Below are positions 1 to 11,009 of a DNA stretch of 64,000 nt, one piece after another. The stretch lies in assembly GCA_963808625.1 (NCBI GenBank), contig CAWEHK010000017.1, forward strand, positions 46,435 to 110,434. The letters are read 5' to 3'. The translations under genes and the position numbers were made by a program. Each line of letters opens with the position of its first letter. Position 1 is the first letter of the stretch. The DNA comes from an uncultured delta proteobacterium (GTDB lineage Bacteria; Desulfobacterota; Syntrophobacteria; Syntrophobacterales; Syntrophobacteraceae). The notes beneath the pieces are model-generated. The model was not told the DNA's origin and did not search any database. It worked only from the letters and a program-made list of their open reading frames with translations.

Positions 1-2473
1 TGGCAACGCAGAATCCACCTAATCCCTGCCACAACAACTCACCTTTTTCGACTTCGTCCTGAGCTAATCCCTCCCGCAATTGAGCTGGGGTAAGGCCGAC
101 CAATGCTTGTTCAAGTGTACGGAGCGCTTGACCCCTTCGCGTCAGCTGCTGCCATGAACTCTGGAGATGATCCAAAGAGGATGAATCCTGAACGTCTGTG
201 GTTGGATGTCGAAGAAGCTTGGAAAGCTGTTCGGCTATTTCGGTCTTGTCACCGCCATGCCAGAGCCAGGGCAATCGTGCCACGGACAGAATACTGGCAA
301 ACCTGAAACGCGCGTTATCAATGTATTGTTGAATCGAACCGTCAGGAAGTGCCAGAGCCCACATGACCAGTGTCGCCGAGAGTTCGCTCGAAATCATGCT
401 TGCGGCAAAATTGACGGGAGACTCACTTGAACGATAGCGATGTTCAAGCCAGCCAATGTGCCTATCAGCCTCTGAAGTAATAAACAAAGGTGACCATATC
501 CGCTGTGTGCATTCTACGAATTCATTTTGGCTGAGCCATCCCTCACGAAGCCCCGTGCGCAAAAGGATCGCACTAAGTTTGATATCATCAGCCAAATGCT
601 CCGGGGGACGTCGCTCAAGATAGTCTCAACCAGCCATCACTTGAATGACCTGTTCTATTATCTGTCTGGCTTTTTTGCGTTCTTTTTCGGTTTCGCTCTT
701 GGGAGGGTGAGGTTTCTGTTTCGGAGTTTTCGCTCCGGGAAGGATCTTTATTTTGGTATCAACGGTTTCACCATCTGTCTCGTTCCCGTCATCGTCCGTT
801 ATTGTGTCAGGTAAATCGAATTCCTTTTCACCTCCTTCATATCCAGGCGCCCCAAACCATTGAAGAAACATTTGTCTCAGACTTCCCAAGCGATCTTCTC
901 CGGACCCGAAAGTCTTTACGCTTCTGATAACAGGGAAGCTATAAGAGTCAGCAAATACATCCTCTTCGGTAAATTCTAAGACGTTTACGGCTTGGTTTCC
1001 TACACCGCCACTCGAAAAAGCAGGAGCGCGGGAAGGTATGTACCGAAGATGTCTGCAGAAAACTTCGATTACTTCAGTCCACGCTCCCAGGTTCCATACA
1101 CCGGGCCTCACGTTCCTATGTATTGATTCTGATACTGCTCGCCCCCATGAAGTAGAACGGAGCTCCTTTTCGATATCTATCCACATGAGAATGGAACGTA
1201 TTGGGAGGCCCTTACTCGATCCTTCGAAAAAGACAGTACGCGGCGGGTTGCGTGGAGTCTTGACTGTTGCGATGCGATCGCTAATCAATTGAAATTCGGT
1301 TGGGCTTTCATCCACTTGACAGCCTGTCAACTGCGCGTTGTGGGCACATTTAAAAGCCACTCGGAGTTCTTGGCCTTCCAAGCGGGCTCCCAGAATCTGG
1401 ATTCCGGCTTGCTCGCTGGGAGTCTCATCTTGCTCCAACAAATCATCGGGTAATTGAATAGGTTCATCGAGTATTTCAAAATGATTTAGATATTGATCCT
1501 TAAAATCTGAACGATTGAATCGCTGGATAGCCAGAAGTTCAGCATTCCCGGAATTCCCTGGAATGGTTAGGGCTGCCCGTGAGCAATTGGCGCTCCCGGC
1601 AAACACGGTGACTTCATCCCCTCGCTGGAAAGCATAGAACTTTGCATGCAGAAAAGGCTGGCGATCTGTATTTGTCTCGGAGGAACGGGTAAAGTCTATC
1701 GGAACTACTCTTGTGAGTGGTAACTTTGATGCGATATTCTTGGTAAAACCCGATCCTCCCTTTTGAACCAGCACTTCAGATTCACCAGGTTGCACTCGAT
1801 TTATGAATTCCTGTAACGCGGCACCCTCTGTATCAAAGTACGGAGAACAGCAAATGAATCTCTCTATAGGCCCTGAGCCCTGAAATCGTAGCATTTGGCC
1901 CAAGAGGGCTTCACCTTCGGTTATTCTACCAATTAACATCCCAGGCTCTTCGAGCCTTGTAGCCCAACTGCGGGTATTGCCGTCAAAAGCCTCCTCTATT
2001 TCAGCTTTAACGGAGTTATTCAAGGGGACTCTCTCCAGGATTTTCCGGAGGTAATCATTAAAAGCTGCAAATGCTGCCGTACCATCCGTTCCTGAATCAA
2101 ATCGAATCCAGACTTCAACATTTTCACGCCATCCACCAAACGTAAGATTGCCACTACCAATAAAAAGTGTCGCTTTGTTGGAAGCGGACAGGAGGACAGC
2201 TTTAGGGTGGAAGCAAAAACCCGACTCCAAAAGGATAGGTACGACCCGGAATCGGATTCCGAGACCGCTAAGCACCTTGGATTGATATGCAAATGTCTCG
2301 GCAGCGCAATGAGCATCTGCAAAAATCGTTATGGCGGGTTGGCCGCAGCGTTTAAGCGCAGGGAGAACGACGAGTTGAAAAAAAACAAAATCAATATTGT
2401 GGGTAAGGATAATCACATTGGTGACATCCTTCTCCTTCTCTATGAGGCTGATAAGATCTGAAATCATGGACAC
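1..2473 (-). CDS. Large phospholipase D (HKD) family protein, probable nuclease; frameshifted near 530-630 and running off the window start
   Basis: ORF 626-2473 has two HKD-like motifs (FHPKAVLL...GSGNLT; LHAKFYAF...GSANCS). A shifted frame (WLSQNEFVECTQRIWSPLF...LLWQGLGGFCVA) stays open to base 1. Confidence 0.75.
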
Positions 2474-2481
2474 CGCTCCAT

Positions 2482-4020
2482 CTATCCGACGAACGCTCTC
2501 CCTTCATCGTTCAGTGCAAATTTGCCGCCTTCTTCCCGATCACACAGACCCAGATCTGCCAGCATTCCAAGCACATTGGTTAGTCGGTCTCCACTAAAAC
2601 CGGCAGCCACAGTCTTGCCGGTGGGCCTAAGTAAATCCCCTTCCGGATAGAATCGGAGAGAGCACTTTTGTCCTTGTCCCATTTTTCGAAGAGTTGTGGT
2701 CAGATGAGGTTCAATCGCAGTTTCTATTAGAGCAGAAGACAGGATCTCACCAACGGTCTTTTGCGCACCGTTCTGCAGAAGGGTAAAGATCCGTTCCATG
2801 TAGTGGTCGCGTTTAGGAATCTTTCCCGCTCCCCTGAGCTGTTCAGTCAGCCGCTGGCAATTCAGGAGCATTGCCAGCGCATATAAGGCTTGGGGGAATG
2901 GCGTCAGCGTGCGGCCAGTTTTTCGATCCAAGGGGCCGTTCAAGAATGCACCAACAGGCAAACGGTCATTGATCTCGCCAAGCTTTGTCTCCAGGGGGAC
3001 AGAATCAAATTGCAGGATTTCCGTTAACAGAGAAGGGAGTCTTTCAGAACTTGGCCAGGCATCCAGTATTTGCTGAACGGTTGCCTCGGTCAAATCCATC
3101 AGGGTGTCTGTGAGCGCACAGAGGAGAAGCTCTAAAGAAGAATGAACCCTTCTTCGAAGTTCGTATTCCGCCCATGCTAATTGCGTATCTGAAAGGTTGG
3201 CCTGATTCCCGACTACAGCATCCCGAAAATTCTCGAAAATCAAGTCGTTCGAGGATTTGCCCGTGCTGCTAATCCCCGCCAGAGCCCAGCGCACCGTTGC
3301 ATTGAAGCATCGGTAGGACTCAAGAACGGTATTATCCTTCAGGTAAGGAGTGAAAAACGACGCTCGCAGAAGCTCGAGTTCTCTGCTGTTATGACCAAGC
3401 CCATTTAACGAGAAGTGATGTCCTTCTCGTTTTATGGCCTCAAGGTTCAACAGACCCCCATCCAGGATGAGCTTTGTCAACTCGCTTTGCCCAAGAGTCT
3501 CGCGCCGAGCCTTGTGTATGTCCTCTCCTCTGGGCACAATTTCAACGGGCACATCTGTGTCGCCTGCTGGTGCTGCCAAAATCCCGAAAGAACGGCATGG
3601 CATTATGTACGTCCCATAAGATGCCCCGTGATGGTCGGAGGATATCTCAACGCGGTGGTTGCTGAGTAACTCAGCCAGCTCACCCGCATAGAGATCTGAA
3701 CCAAGAACACCGTATGTAATCCCTGACTCACCCCATTCTGTGCCGATTTTCGAGGCTGCGAGAACGACGAATTCCATTCGGCTGAGCACCTTTGAATAGC
3801 GTGCTGCATCGAAATGTCCTTTCCCTCCGCCTTCATTGATCTCCTTTCGGAAGAATTCCGCTGTGATCCAGGGGAGCAGCGAAAGATACCTCGCCCGGTA
3901 TGAAATAGTCGTAATGCCCGCGACCCATTTGCGTTCGATATTTTGATCCAGTTGTCGCAGCCCCAGGATGTCTAAGCCTTGGATTTTTTCTCTTTCACCA
4001 GAATTCCAAAAGCATTGCAT
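2482..4020 (-). CDS. Uncharacterised 512-aa protein, defence-associated, ending 8 bp upstream of the PLD gene
   Basis: Intact long ORF. The N-terminal GLDILGLR...[18 protein letters not shown] resembles the D-x-LG...G-x-T-T...RARY...PW motif of DUF6361-like proteins (recognised by eye, not searched). Confidence 0.75.
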   Translation of the reverse strand: MQCFWNSGEREKIQGLDILGLRQLDQNIERKWVAGITTISYRARYLSLLPWITAEFFRKEINEGGGKGHFDAARYSKVLSRMEFVVLAASKIGTEWGESGITYGVLGSDLYAGELAELLSNHRVEISSDHHGASYGTYIMPCRSFGILAAPAGDTDVPVEIVPRGEDIHKARRETLGQSELTKLILDGGLLNLEAIKREGHHFSLNGLGHNSRELELLRASFFTPYLKDNTVLESYRCFNATVRWALAGISSTGKSSNDLIFENFRDAVVGNQANLSDTQLAWAEYELRRRVHSSLELLLCALTDTLMDLTEATVQQILDAWPSSERLPSLLTEILQFDSVPLETKLGEINDRLPVGAFLNGPLDRKTGRTLTPFPQALYALAMLLNCQRLTEQLRGAGKIPKRDHYMERIFTLLQNGAQKTVGEILSSALIETAIEPHLTTTLRKMGQGQKCSLRFYPEGDLLRPTGKTVAAGFSGDRLTNVLGMLADLGLCDREEGGKFALNDEGRAFVG

Positions 4021-4308
4021 ACCGAGTCCAGTCTCAATGAGGCGAAATAGGTTGTTTCCATGTCGGAGCTCAAACTCGAAAACAGTTTTAAGTGTTCACC
4101 GAAATGGGGATTTTCTTGGAACCTGTCCGATGAAGAGCAAACCTTATGCCAGCGCAATCAGTGGTAATGAGCGCTTCGTGCCCATGAGTTGAAAGGCAGA
4201 GTAACTTCACAATGGATACGGAAAAAGGAACGGGTAAAGAATATTATGCTATCGGAAAGAATTTCATGAATTGGCAATCATTGCCTGTGAGATAGGCTTG
4301 AGATCCTT

Positions 4309-6422
4309 CTATCCTGGATTGCCCTTAAAAATGTCCACGATCGTTTCAAGCAGGGCCGCATCTCAAGGTCGTTGGCGCCGATGCTGAACCAGCTGTCCGG
4401 TTTCTGGTAGATGTCGAAGCCGCGGCCGACCTTGATTTTCCAGCCATTGTCCAGGCGGATTTCCCGGTCGTGCTGGTGTTGGTTGTAGGTGACATTCAGC
4501 TTGATGCCGTGATCGATCAGGCTTGATGCCAGCGCCTGGAACTTTTCGTCCGCTTCCTTCCGCTGGGACTCGTCATCAAATCCGGTGGTGAGATTGATCG
4601 TATGCGCCGATCCGATCTTTACCACCAGCTCGCAAAACCGCACGAAATTGGCTAATCTGATGTTGAGAACGGATGTACGGGTCTTCAATGTCGATGACTT
4701 TTGCTCCCCGCAGATAGTCGCCGAAAAGAGCCTCATACGTAAGCCGGTATCACCATAAAAGATCTTGGAGTGTTTCTCCTTCAGTTCTTCTCAGGAGGGG
4801 GTAGAGGCTCCGGCTCCGGTTGGATCACTTCCGTGGTCACCACCGCGGGCTCCGGCTTGACCTGCATCTCCTCATCAGGCCTCTTTCCTGCGCTCCTTCT
4901 CCCGCGGCCGGGTTTTCTCCTGCATCAGCCCCGGCAGCACCCGCCTCTTGGGTTCTGCGTCGCTCCTGCGTCTTTGGATTCCGGGCACCAGACGATGACT
5001 TCCTCACCCGGATCTTGATATACGAAAGATTGATGCTGGCGAACTCGTCGTCGGCTTTGCGCTTGTTCATCTGTTCCTTGACCCGCCGCCGGCCCTCAAG
5101 CGCGTAGTCCAAATATTGCGTCAACTCCTCCCGGGTCGGCTTCTCCGTCGGGATGCAGCAGCTTCAAAAAGGCCGCAACGGTCTTCTTGATCGCCACTTC
5201 GTCCCGACCCTCGAGCGCCTGCCCAAGCCGGCAATGTCGGTTCACGTATTCATAGCGGTTCATCTGCTGGCTCAAGTGGTGGAAGACTTCCGCCAAATAA
5301 TCGGTGATGAAGCCGTAATTGGTGGTCAAATACTCACTGCTGTTCTTGGGCATTTCCCAGCCGGGCAGATAGGTGTGGAAGCGATCCATCACCGCCAGGT
5401 CGAAAGACATCCGGGAGCGGAATGAACAGGTCGAACTGCGTGGAATTGACCAATTGATCGATGGAATGGTCGATGTTCCCGATAAAGCCAAGGCTGGCGT
5501 TGGCAATCACCTCGACGCCCCGCGAGAACCGCCCGTTGGCCATGTAATCTTTCAGAATGTCGATGGTGCTCTGAGTCCTTGATCTTGACGCCGCCGACTT
5601 CATCGAAGGCCATCATGTCCCAGAAGCCAACCAGGCCGACCTGCCTCTTGGCGTTGTTGTAAAGCAGGACGGACGTGCTCGCCTGCCCGCCGCTGACGAG
5701 CGTCGAGTAGGGGGAAAATTCACTGAACACGTAGGATTTGCCCGTGCCCCGTGGCCCCAGTTCAATGAAGTTGTAGTTGGCCTCCACAAAACCAAAGAGC
5801 CGCGCCAGGAAATGGAATTTTACCCGCAGGGTGAGCTTTGACGGCTCCAGCCCGATGGAGCGGATCAACACGTCCATCCATTCATCCCGGGTGAATTTGT
5901 CGCGCTCCGCGAGGAATCATCGGAATTGAAGCGTGACAGCTGGATGGGCCGAAGATCCTCGATGTAAAAGGCGTAATCATCGTCATCCACGTCGTTGTGG
6001 GCCACGCGTTACCTCCGCCCAGATGCCGCCCTCCAGCAGCCGCTCGTTGTTCCGGTAGAATTTGTCGTGGATGGCGATCCGCCGGGAATTGAAATTCTCC
6101 ATCTCCGCCCAGTGCCGCTTTTCGCTCTCCACATATTTGACGTGGATTTTGTCGATGAACTTGTGCTTGCCCTTTCTGTTGCACCAGGGATTGGGCCCTG
6201 TTGGCTTCGTCCGGGCGCACGTAGTTCTTCTGAATCGTCTCGATCACCGCGCGATGCCGGCATGGATTTCATCCGGGTCATCGGTGGCGCAGAACTTGGC
6301 CAGCAGGAACTCCAGCACAAAAGACGGCACGTTCGTTCCCTTCTTGATCTGATGCAGCAGGTCTTTGCGGACCACGCGGCCCGGGTAGGCTTCATTCAGT
6401 TTGATTGATCAAGAGCATCCAT
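4309..6422 (-). CDS. brxL: BREX BrxL-family ATPase with C-terminal MIT_C/PLD-like domain (several frameshifts)
   Basis: Stitched frames read YPGRVVRKDLLHQIKKGTNVPSFVLEFLL, NFIELGPRGTGKSYVFSEFSPY (Walker A), AFDEV, LKDYMANGRFSRG, MDRFHTYLPGWEMPK, ALEGRRRVKEQM and C-terminal HDREIRLDNGWKIKVGRGFD. Confidence 0.9.
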
Positions 6423-6429
6423 GAGCTTA

Positions 6430-8953
6430 TCACTCCATGTAGTTGGTCTTGAGTTTCAAGGTTGCGTAAGTTTGCCTGAGTCTTGGGATCGATGGCCCGA
6501 ACCTCAAATGACCCTTCAAAATCGTCATCCATTCTGAGCGGCACCTTGATGGCCTGACCCAGCTGGATTTTGATGAAATTCGTTGAGGGGTCGAGGTAAT
6601 GGCACGAAGCCGCTTCGCCGACCACTTTCCCTTTGGCATAGGCCTCCAGCTGGAACTCGAGTTCGTTGGCTCCAAATCCCTCGATTTGTTCCCGGAATAG
6701 GACGATCTCCACCATCGGCCTGCGCGTCGTGACGCTGTCGGTCGCCCCGCCCTTGTAACTGATCCTGAGATTGCCGGGCCGCCCCTCCTTTTGCACCTTC
6801 TTTTTTGCGGTTACACAGAGCACGGGAAGGACGCATTCCTGGAGCGACAGCCCCCCATGAAAATACGGGCTGGACCTTCCAAAGGTCCCGAAACTTCTCG
6901 GGACCACAAGGGTATCCACTTCTCCCTTGATGCCCACCTGCTCGGCTTCAAAAGCAACCGTGCCCGGGCCTCCGGAGCCGCTGCCCAGAAGGTAACGGTC
7001 CTTTGCCTGCAACCAGTCGCCCGCAGGCTTTGGTACCGACGTCCCCGGCTTCCTGCTCCTCCAGCAGGATGAAGCCGTGATCGGTTGCCAGCACCACATG
7101 ACCAAAGCCCAGTTCCCTCAATTTGCTGATGGCTGCCGGGAGCTTCTTCAGAACCGCCGGGATAAACCGGGCCGTGTCCTGCGCCAGGTGCGTCCCCAAG
7201 TCATCGACGTCCTTGGTTTTCAGCATGACCAGCTGGACGGTCTCGGGAAACTGCAATTTCTTTTGCTTGAGGAACTTATCGAGATCCATCATCGCACAGC
7301 GGTCGCCATAAAGCGCCTGGACGGCCTTGAGCCGGTCTGACGGGTCTTTGATTTCGCGCTCGCTGATCATGGGAATCAGGTCTCTCATCCTTGCGAATCA
7401 GGCGGAGATTGCCTTCCGCTTCGGGCATCAGCGCCGCCATCCCTACTTTGGTGACCGTCGGGAGCTGTGCTGCAACCGCATGGAGCTCTACAGTGTAGTC
7501 TTCGAGAAGACGTGGCTGGAGTTCAGCGGCCAATTCAAAGCGAAGGGCGTCAATGAGAAGCAGAGCGATGTTTTCGCGTTCTTCCAGTTTGGGCGCCAGA
7601 AACTTCTCAAAAACCTGAGTCTGTCTCAGATATCCGGACGGGGGCCACCCCTCTTTTTCCACCAGAGCAACAAACCCATCCTGCACTTCTTCCGCGAATT
7701 TCAAATAGCGCTGCCGAGCCTTCTCCACAAACTCTGCGACCGCAGCCCAATTCGCCATAAGCATCGTTCACCGCCTGCTCAAAAACCCGGTGCAGGGTAT
7801 CAAGCTGTCGCAGCCTTTCCGTGTAATAGGAAATCAGCGCCGTTAGGTCGCCGGCCTGCTTTTTCCACTCAGGCTTGCTCTCGTCGACTTTTGAAATGAG
7901 CTCCAGTCCTCGTTCGGCAATTGTCCAGAGAAGCATTCGTTCGGCCTCGCGCGCCCAGACGGAATTCAGCCGGAAAGCGGCAATCTCCCGCGCCCGCTCG
8001 ATCTCTCCTGCTTCCGCGGCAGCAAGGAACTGGAGCAGGAAACTCTCCTCTTCAAACGAGAAGGTATCGCGCTTGCCAAAATCCTTGAGGTGTTTGAGTC
8101 GCTCCTCGAGGTTCAGTTCGACAGCCGCTTTGTTGGCCATTTCGAGGTAGGCATTTTGATGCTTTGACGCCGTGCGCAAGGTGTCACAGACGTTGAAGAT
8201 CAGGGCACCATGAGATGCCTTCACCCTTGGGCACGTCCTTCAGGTCTTCAGGGATTTCACCGGGAAGGTCCAGGACCAATTCAGTGAAGAGCACATACCT
8301 GGCCAGCTCTTCCTGGATCGGCCGCCATTTCAGGCTTTTGGTTTTGAGCTTGAGTCCCAGCGTCACCCTGGCAAAATGTTTGAACTCCGCAGGCCAGGCA
8401 TCATCTTCTTCCAGGGCCTTCCGTTGTGTTTCCGTGGGTGAGAGCAGGGCAACGAGAATCTCCGCTGCCGATTCGGTCTTGAGAAGGCTCCTCAACTTGG
8501 GCCAGTTCGGTCCGCTGTCGATGGCATCCACCGTGTCGAAATCGGGGATGCCGGCCTCGAACAGTTGATCCACTTGCTGCTGAAAATCGGGTTTCGCCTT
8601 GCGACAGAGCGCCTGATACGCGTCCCCGTCGTCATAGGGGAACTCGCTGCCGCCAATGGCAAAGGCCTGATAGGGGTTTCGCTGTCGTTCCACTTCCGTT
8701 TTGGGCTTTGGGATCGGGAGATAGATTACCAGGGACTGGAGCTCGTCCGCAGATTCCGCCAGCCGGCGCCAGGCCTCCATGGCTTCTTCTCTGGCCAGGA
8801 TGGTGGACTGGCTGCCGTCGATCACGCGGCATTCGGGTTCCTCCAGATCTCCACGATTTCCCGGTATCGCTCTTCGGGATCGTAAAGCACCAGGCATGCG
8901 GACTGCTCCAGCCGCTTTTGAAAGTGGTCTTTCAAGAACTCACGGATTTTCAT
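6430..8953 (-). CDS. pglZ: BREX PglZ alkaline-phosphatase-domain protein (several frameshifts)
   Basis: Starts MKIREFLKDHFQKRLEQSACLVLYDPEERY. Motifs LLIDALRFELA, LPTVTKVGMAALMP, ATDHGF and YFHGGLSLQECVLP lie across ORFs 8184-8897, 7607-8224, 7276-7764, 6948-7388 and 6392-7105. Confidence 0.92.
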
Positions 8954-9210
8954 TCTACTTCATCACTGTCTGGCCGAGTGAAAGTCACCTCGTGGCGATT
9001 TGCAGACCAGCGCTCCTTCACGAAAGGCTCTTCGATGACCTCTCCCTTGCCCCTCATACGTTTGTGGGCGTTGATGATCTCGTCATCGATAAGCGCCATC
9101 TCCAAGGCTCTGTTAACTGCTTCGGTGTCCCTTCTCACGCCGAAAATGCGGCGCAACCGATCGATGTAGTCCTGGTTCATCTTCATGGTTTTTTTGACGA
9201 GTCTTGACAC
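8950..9210 (-). CDS. VapB-like (RHH) antitoxin with no cognate toxin visible
   Basis: KKTMKMNQDYIDRLRRIFGVRRDTEAVNRALEMA is typical of VapB-type antitoxins. The stop overlaps the pglZ start (ATGA). Confidence 0.6.
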   Translation of the reverse strand: MSRLVKKTMKMNQDYIDRLRRIFGVRRDTEAVNRALEMALIDDEIINAHKRMRGKGEVIEEPFVKERWSANRHEVTFTRPDSDEVE

Positions 9211-9267
9211 AGTTCTCCCTGCTCAGTACACCTCTGCACAAAAAAGTGTCCGAAAATTTGTAGCCTC

Positions 9268-9433
9268 GTAGGTTGGGTTTCGTTCCTCACCATGATTGCG
9301 GTCCACAATGCCGTGATTGATCGAGGAACGAAACCCAACATTTCGCTTCAGTTGGTCGGCTTTTGTTGGGTTTCGTTCCTGGGATATTCCACAATTTCAT
9401 GCGTATTTCGTAACGGAACGAAACCCAACCTAC
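9268..9433. repeat. GTAG-family REP doublet cluster
   Basis: Four alternating copies of GTTGGGTTTCGTTCC / GGAACGAAACCCAAC, bounded by GTAG...CTAC. Confidence 0.8.
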
Positions 9434-9486
9434 AAGACTGTCTGGCCAATCACAGAAATCCTCAAAAGAGACCGTCTCCCGCCATC

Positions 9487-10065
9487 CTACGTCGGTAGCG
9501 CGAACAGCTCTCGTGCCACGAGCTCCAGTCCGATTGCCTCGATCCGGAAAGTCTCATCTTCCTGGTATAGTTCAGGCTTCTTATAGATCCCGGCCTCGAG
9601 AGTGTATTTCTCAACGTATTCCCGGTCCGGGTGAACTATGAAATACTCTTTGACACCGAAACGTTCGAACTGGTTCCGCTTCTGCTTGCGATCTTTGGTC
9701 TCCGTGCTGGGGGAGATCACTTCAAAGACCACATCCGGCGCCCCAAAAATGCCTGCCTCTTTGATTCTGGATCGCTCACAGACAATGAGGACGTCCGGTT
9801 GTACAACGTCCTTATCAGAGAGGATTACATCTATCGGCGCCATGAAAACCCGGCAAGGGTAACCTTTGCTTTCCATGTCCCTTTCCAGGACATAAGCTAT
9901 CCTTAAGGTAACCGCCTGATGGACCGTAGTGGGAGCCGGGGTCATGTCGTAGATTTCCCCATCCAAGATCTCGCAGCGTAGGTCATCAGGAAACCCCCTG
10001 TAGTCCTCGTAAGTGTATGAAGTCTTTTCTTCTGCCAGGTTTGTTGCCATCCCTCGTTTCCTCAT
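9487..10065 (-). CDS. Uma2 family (PD-(D/E)XK) endonuclease
   Basis: YTYEDY...EILDGEIY.MTPAP...HQ, VVQPDVLIVC, GAPDVVFEVISPST...D...K...GVKEY. Confidence 0.92.
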   Translation of the reverse strand: MRKRGMATNLAEEKTSYTYEDYRGFPDDLRCEILDGEIYDMTPAPTTVHQAVTLRIAYVLERDMESKGYPCRVFMAPIDVILSDKDVVQPDVLIVCERSRIKEAGIFGAPDVVFEVISPSTETKDRKQKRNQFERFGVKEYFIVHPDREYVEKYTLEAGIYKKPELYQEDETFRIEAIGLELVARELFALPT

Positions 10066-10099
10066 GTGTATGGTTTCCTGCGCTTATCGCCGGACCCCT

Positions 10100-10135
10100 T
10101 TAAAAATGGTCTTTCAAGAAGTTGCGAATCTTCAT
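10100..10135 (-). pseudogene. Relic duplicate of the pglZ 5' end
   Basis: ATGAAGATTCGCAACTTCTTGAAAGACCATTTTTAA = MKIRNFLKDHF*, against the pglZ start MKIREFLKDHFQ at 8953. Confidence 0.75.
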
Positions 10136-10142
10136 TAGGCAA

Positions 10143-10376
10143 TCAGCTCTGGCGTTTGCTCGCGTGAAGGATGGTCAAGCCAACCACCTCATCTTCCTCG
10201 TACCGAATGATGACGTCATCATCGGTCAATTCGCTGTCGGTGGCGGTGCTCGGCTTCTTGAAGTTGATGTAGAGTACATCTGCCTCAGCATCGTAGGAAG
10301 ACCAGAGATATCGTTGTGGGGCTTGCCTGACCGCTGCGATCAGGGGCAAATAGTCTCTTACTGTAACGGTGGCCAT
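10143..10376 (-). CDS. DUF2283 family protein (putative antitoxin)
   Basis: YDAEADVLYINF...DSELTDDDVIIRY...EVVGLTILHAS. Confidence 0.85.
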   Translation of the reverse strand: MATVTVRDYLPLIAAVRQAPQRYLWSSYDAEADVLYINFKKPSTATDSELTDDDVIIRYEEDEVVGLTILHASKRQS

Positions 10377-10399
10377 GTCACTCTAACGGCCCAATCTGC

Positions 10400-10621
10400 T
10401 CAGGCTGCATACCGGATCACTTCGATCTCTGCGGCAACGTCCACTCTGTCGAGCATCTCTTCCACACGGCTCATTACGGCATCCTCCAGCAAGTATTCGC
10501 TGCAGTTGTCACACTGGAGCACCGGCAGATCCTTAAAGATGACGATGGTTTTATCGCGCACCTTGAAAGGGAGATCCGTGGCCGACAACCTCATCATGGA
10601 CCCGCATACGTGGCATTTCAT
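10400..10621 (-). CDS. YgiT/MqsA-type zinc-finger antitoxin
   Basis: MKCHVCG...IVIFKDLPVLQCDNCSEYLL; lies immediately downstream of DUF4258. Confidence 0.85.
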   Translation of the reverse strand: MKCHVCGSMMRLSATDLPFKVRDKTIVIFKDLPVLQCDNCSEYLLEDAVMSRVEEMLDRVDVAAEIEVIRYAA

Positions 10622-10623
10622 GA

Positions 10624-10962
10624 CTACCGCCTCCTCGTTTTCAGGTCCGCCTCCCACTCCTCGGGGTTTGGACGATAAACGGTGATAATTCTCATATTAT
10701 CTCCTTCCACGTCGGTCGCGCACAGTACATGGAAGATTTCGCCTCGATACACTGAATACAAAAGATAGCTTGGGAAGTATCTGTCCTCCGGATATTTTTC
10801 AATCATTTCAAAGCTGTTCCGTGAAGAGATGATCGCTTTCCGAGAGATGGACCTGCCCTTCAGACGCATATTAACATGGTAGGTCCAGAAGATCTTTCCT
10901 TGCTCCATGCAGCGACGGATAAATGTCAAAGGATCATCTGGAAACCTTCGCTCATCGTTCAT
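10624..10962 (-). CDS. DUF4258 family putative toxin
   Basis: WTYHVNMRL..RSI, IEKYPED.YFPSYL, HVLCA, IITVYRPNPEEW. Confidence 0.85.
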   Translation of the reverse strand: MNDERRFPDDPLTFIRRCMEQGKIFWTYHVNMRLKGRSISRKAIISSRNSFEMIEKYPEDRYFPSYLLYSVYRGEIFHVLCATDVEGDNMRIITVYRPNPEEWEADLKTRRR

Positions 10963-11009
10963 TCATGCTATCCTGTGTTACTTCGGCAATCCAGCTCGGA
11001 ACTTCAAAA

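Noticed and set aside
4021..4300. Possible small gene between brxL and the 512-aa gene
   Set aside because: Only short, interrupted frames with no recognisable motif.
9268..9433. CRISPR-like repeat-spacer appearance
   Set aside because: The repeats alternate in orientation, are only 15-19 bp, have GTAG/CTAC ends and have no cas genes nearby; this is a REP cluster.
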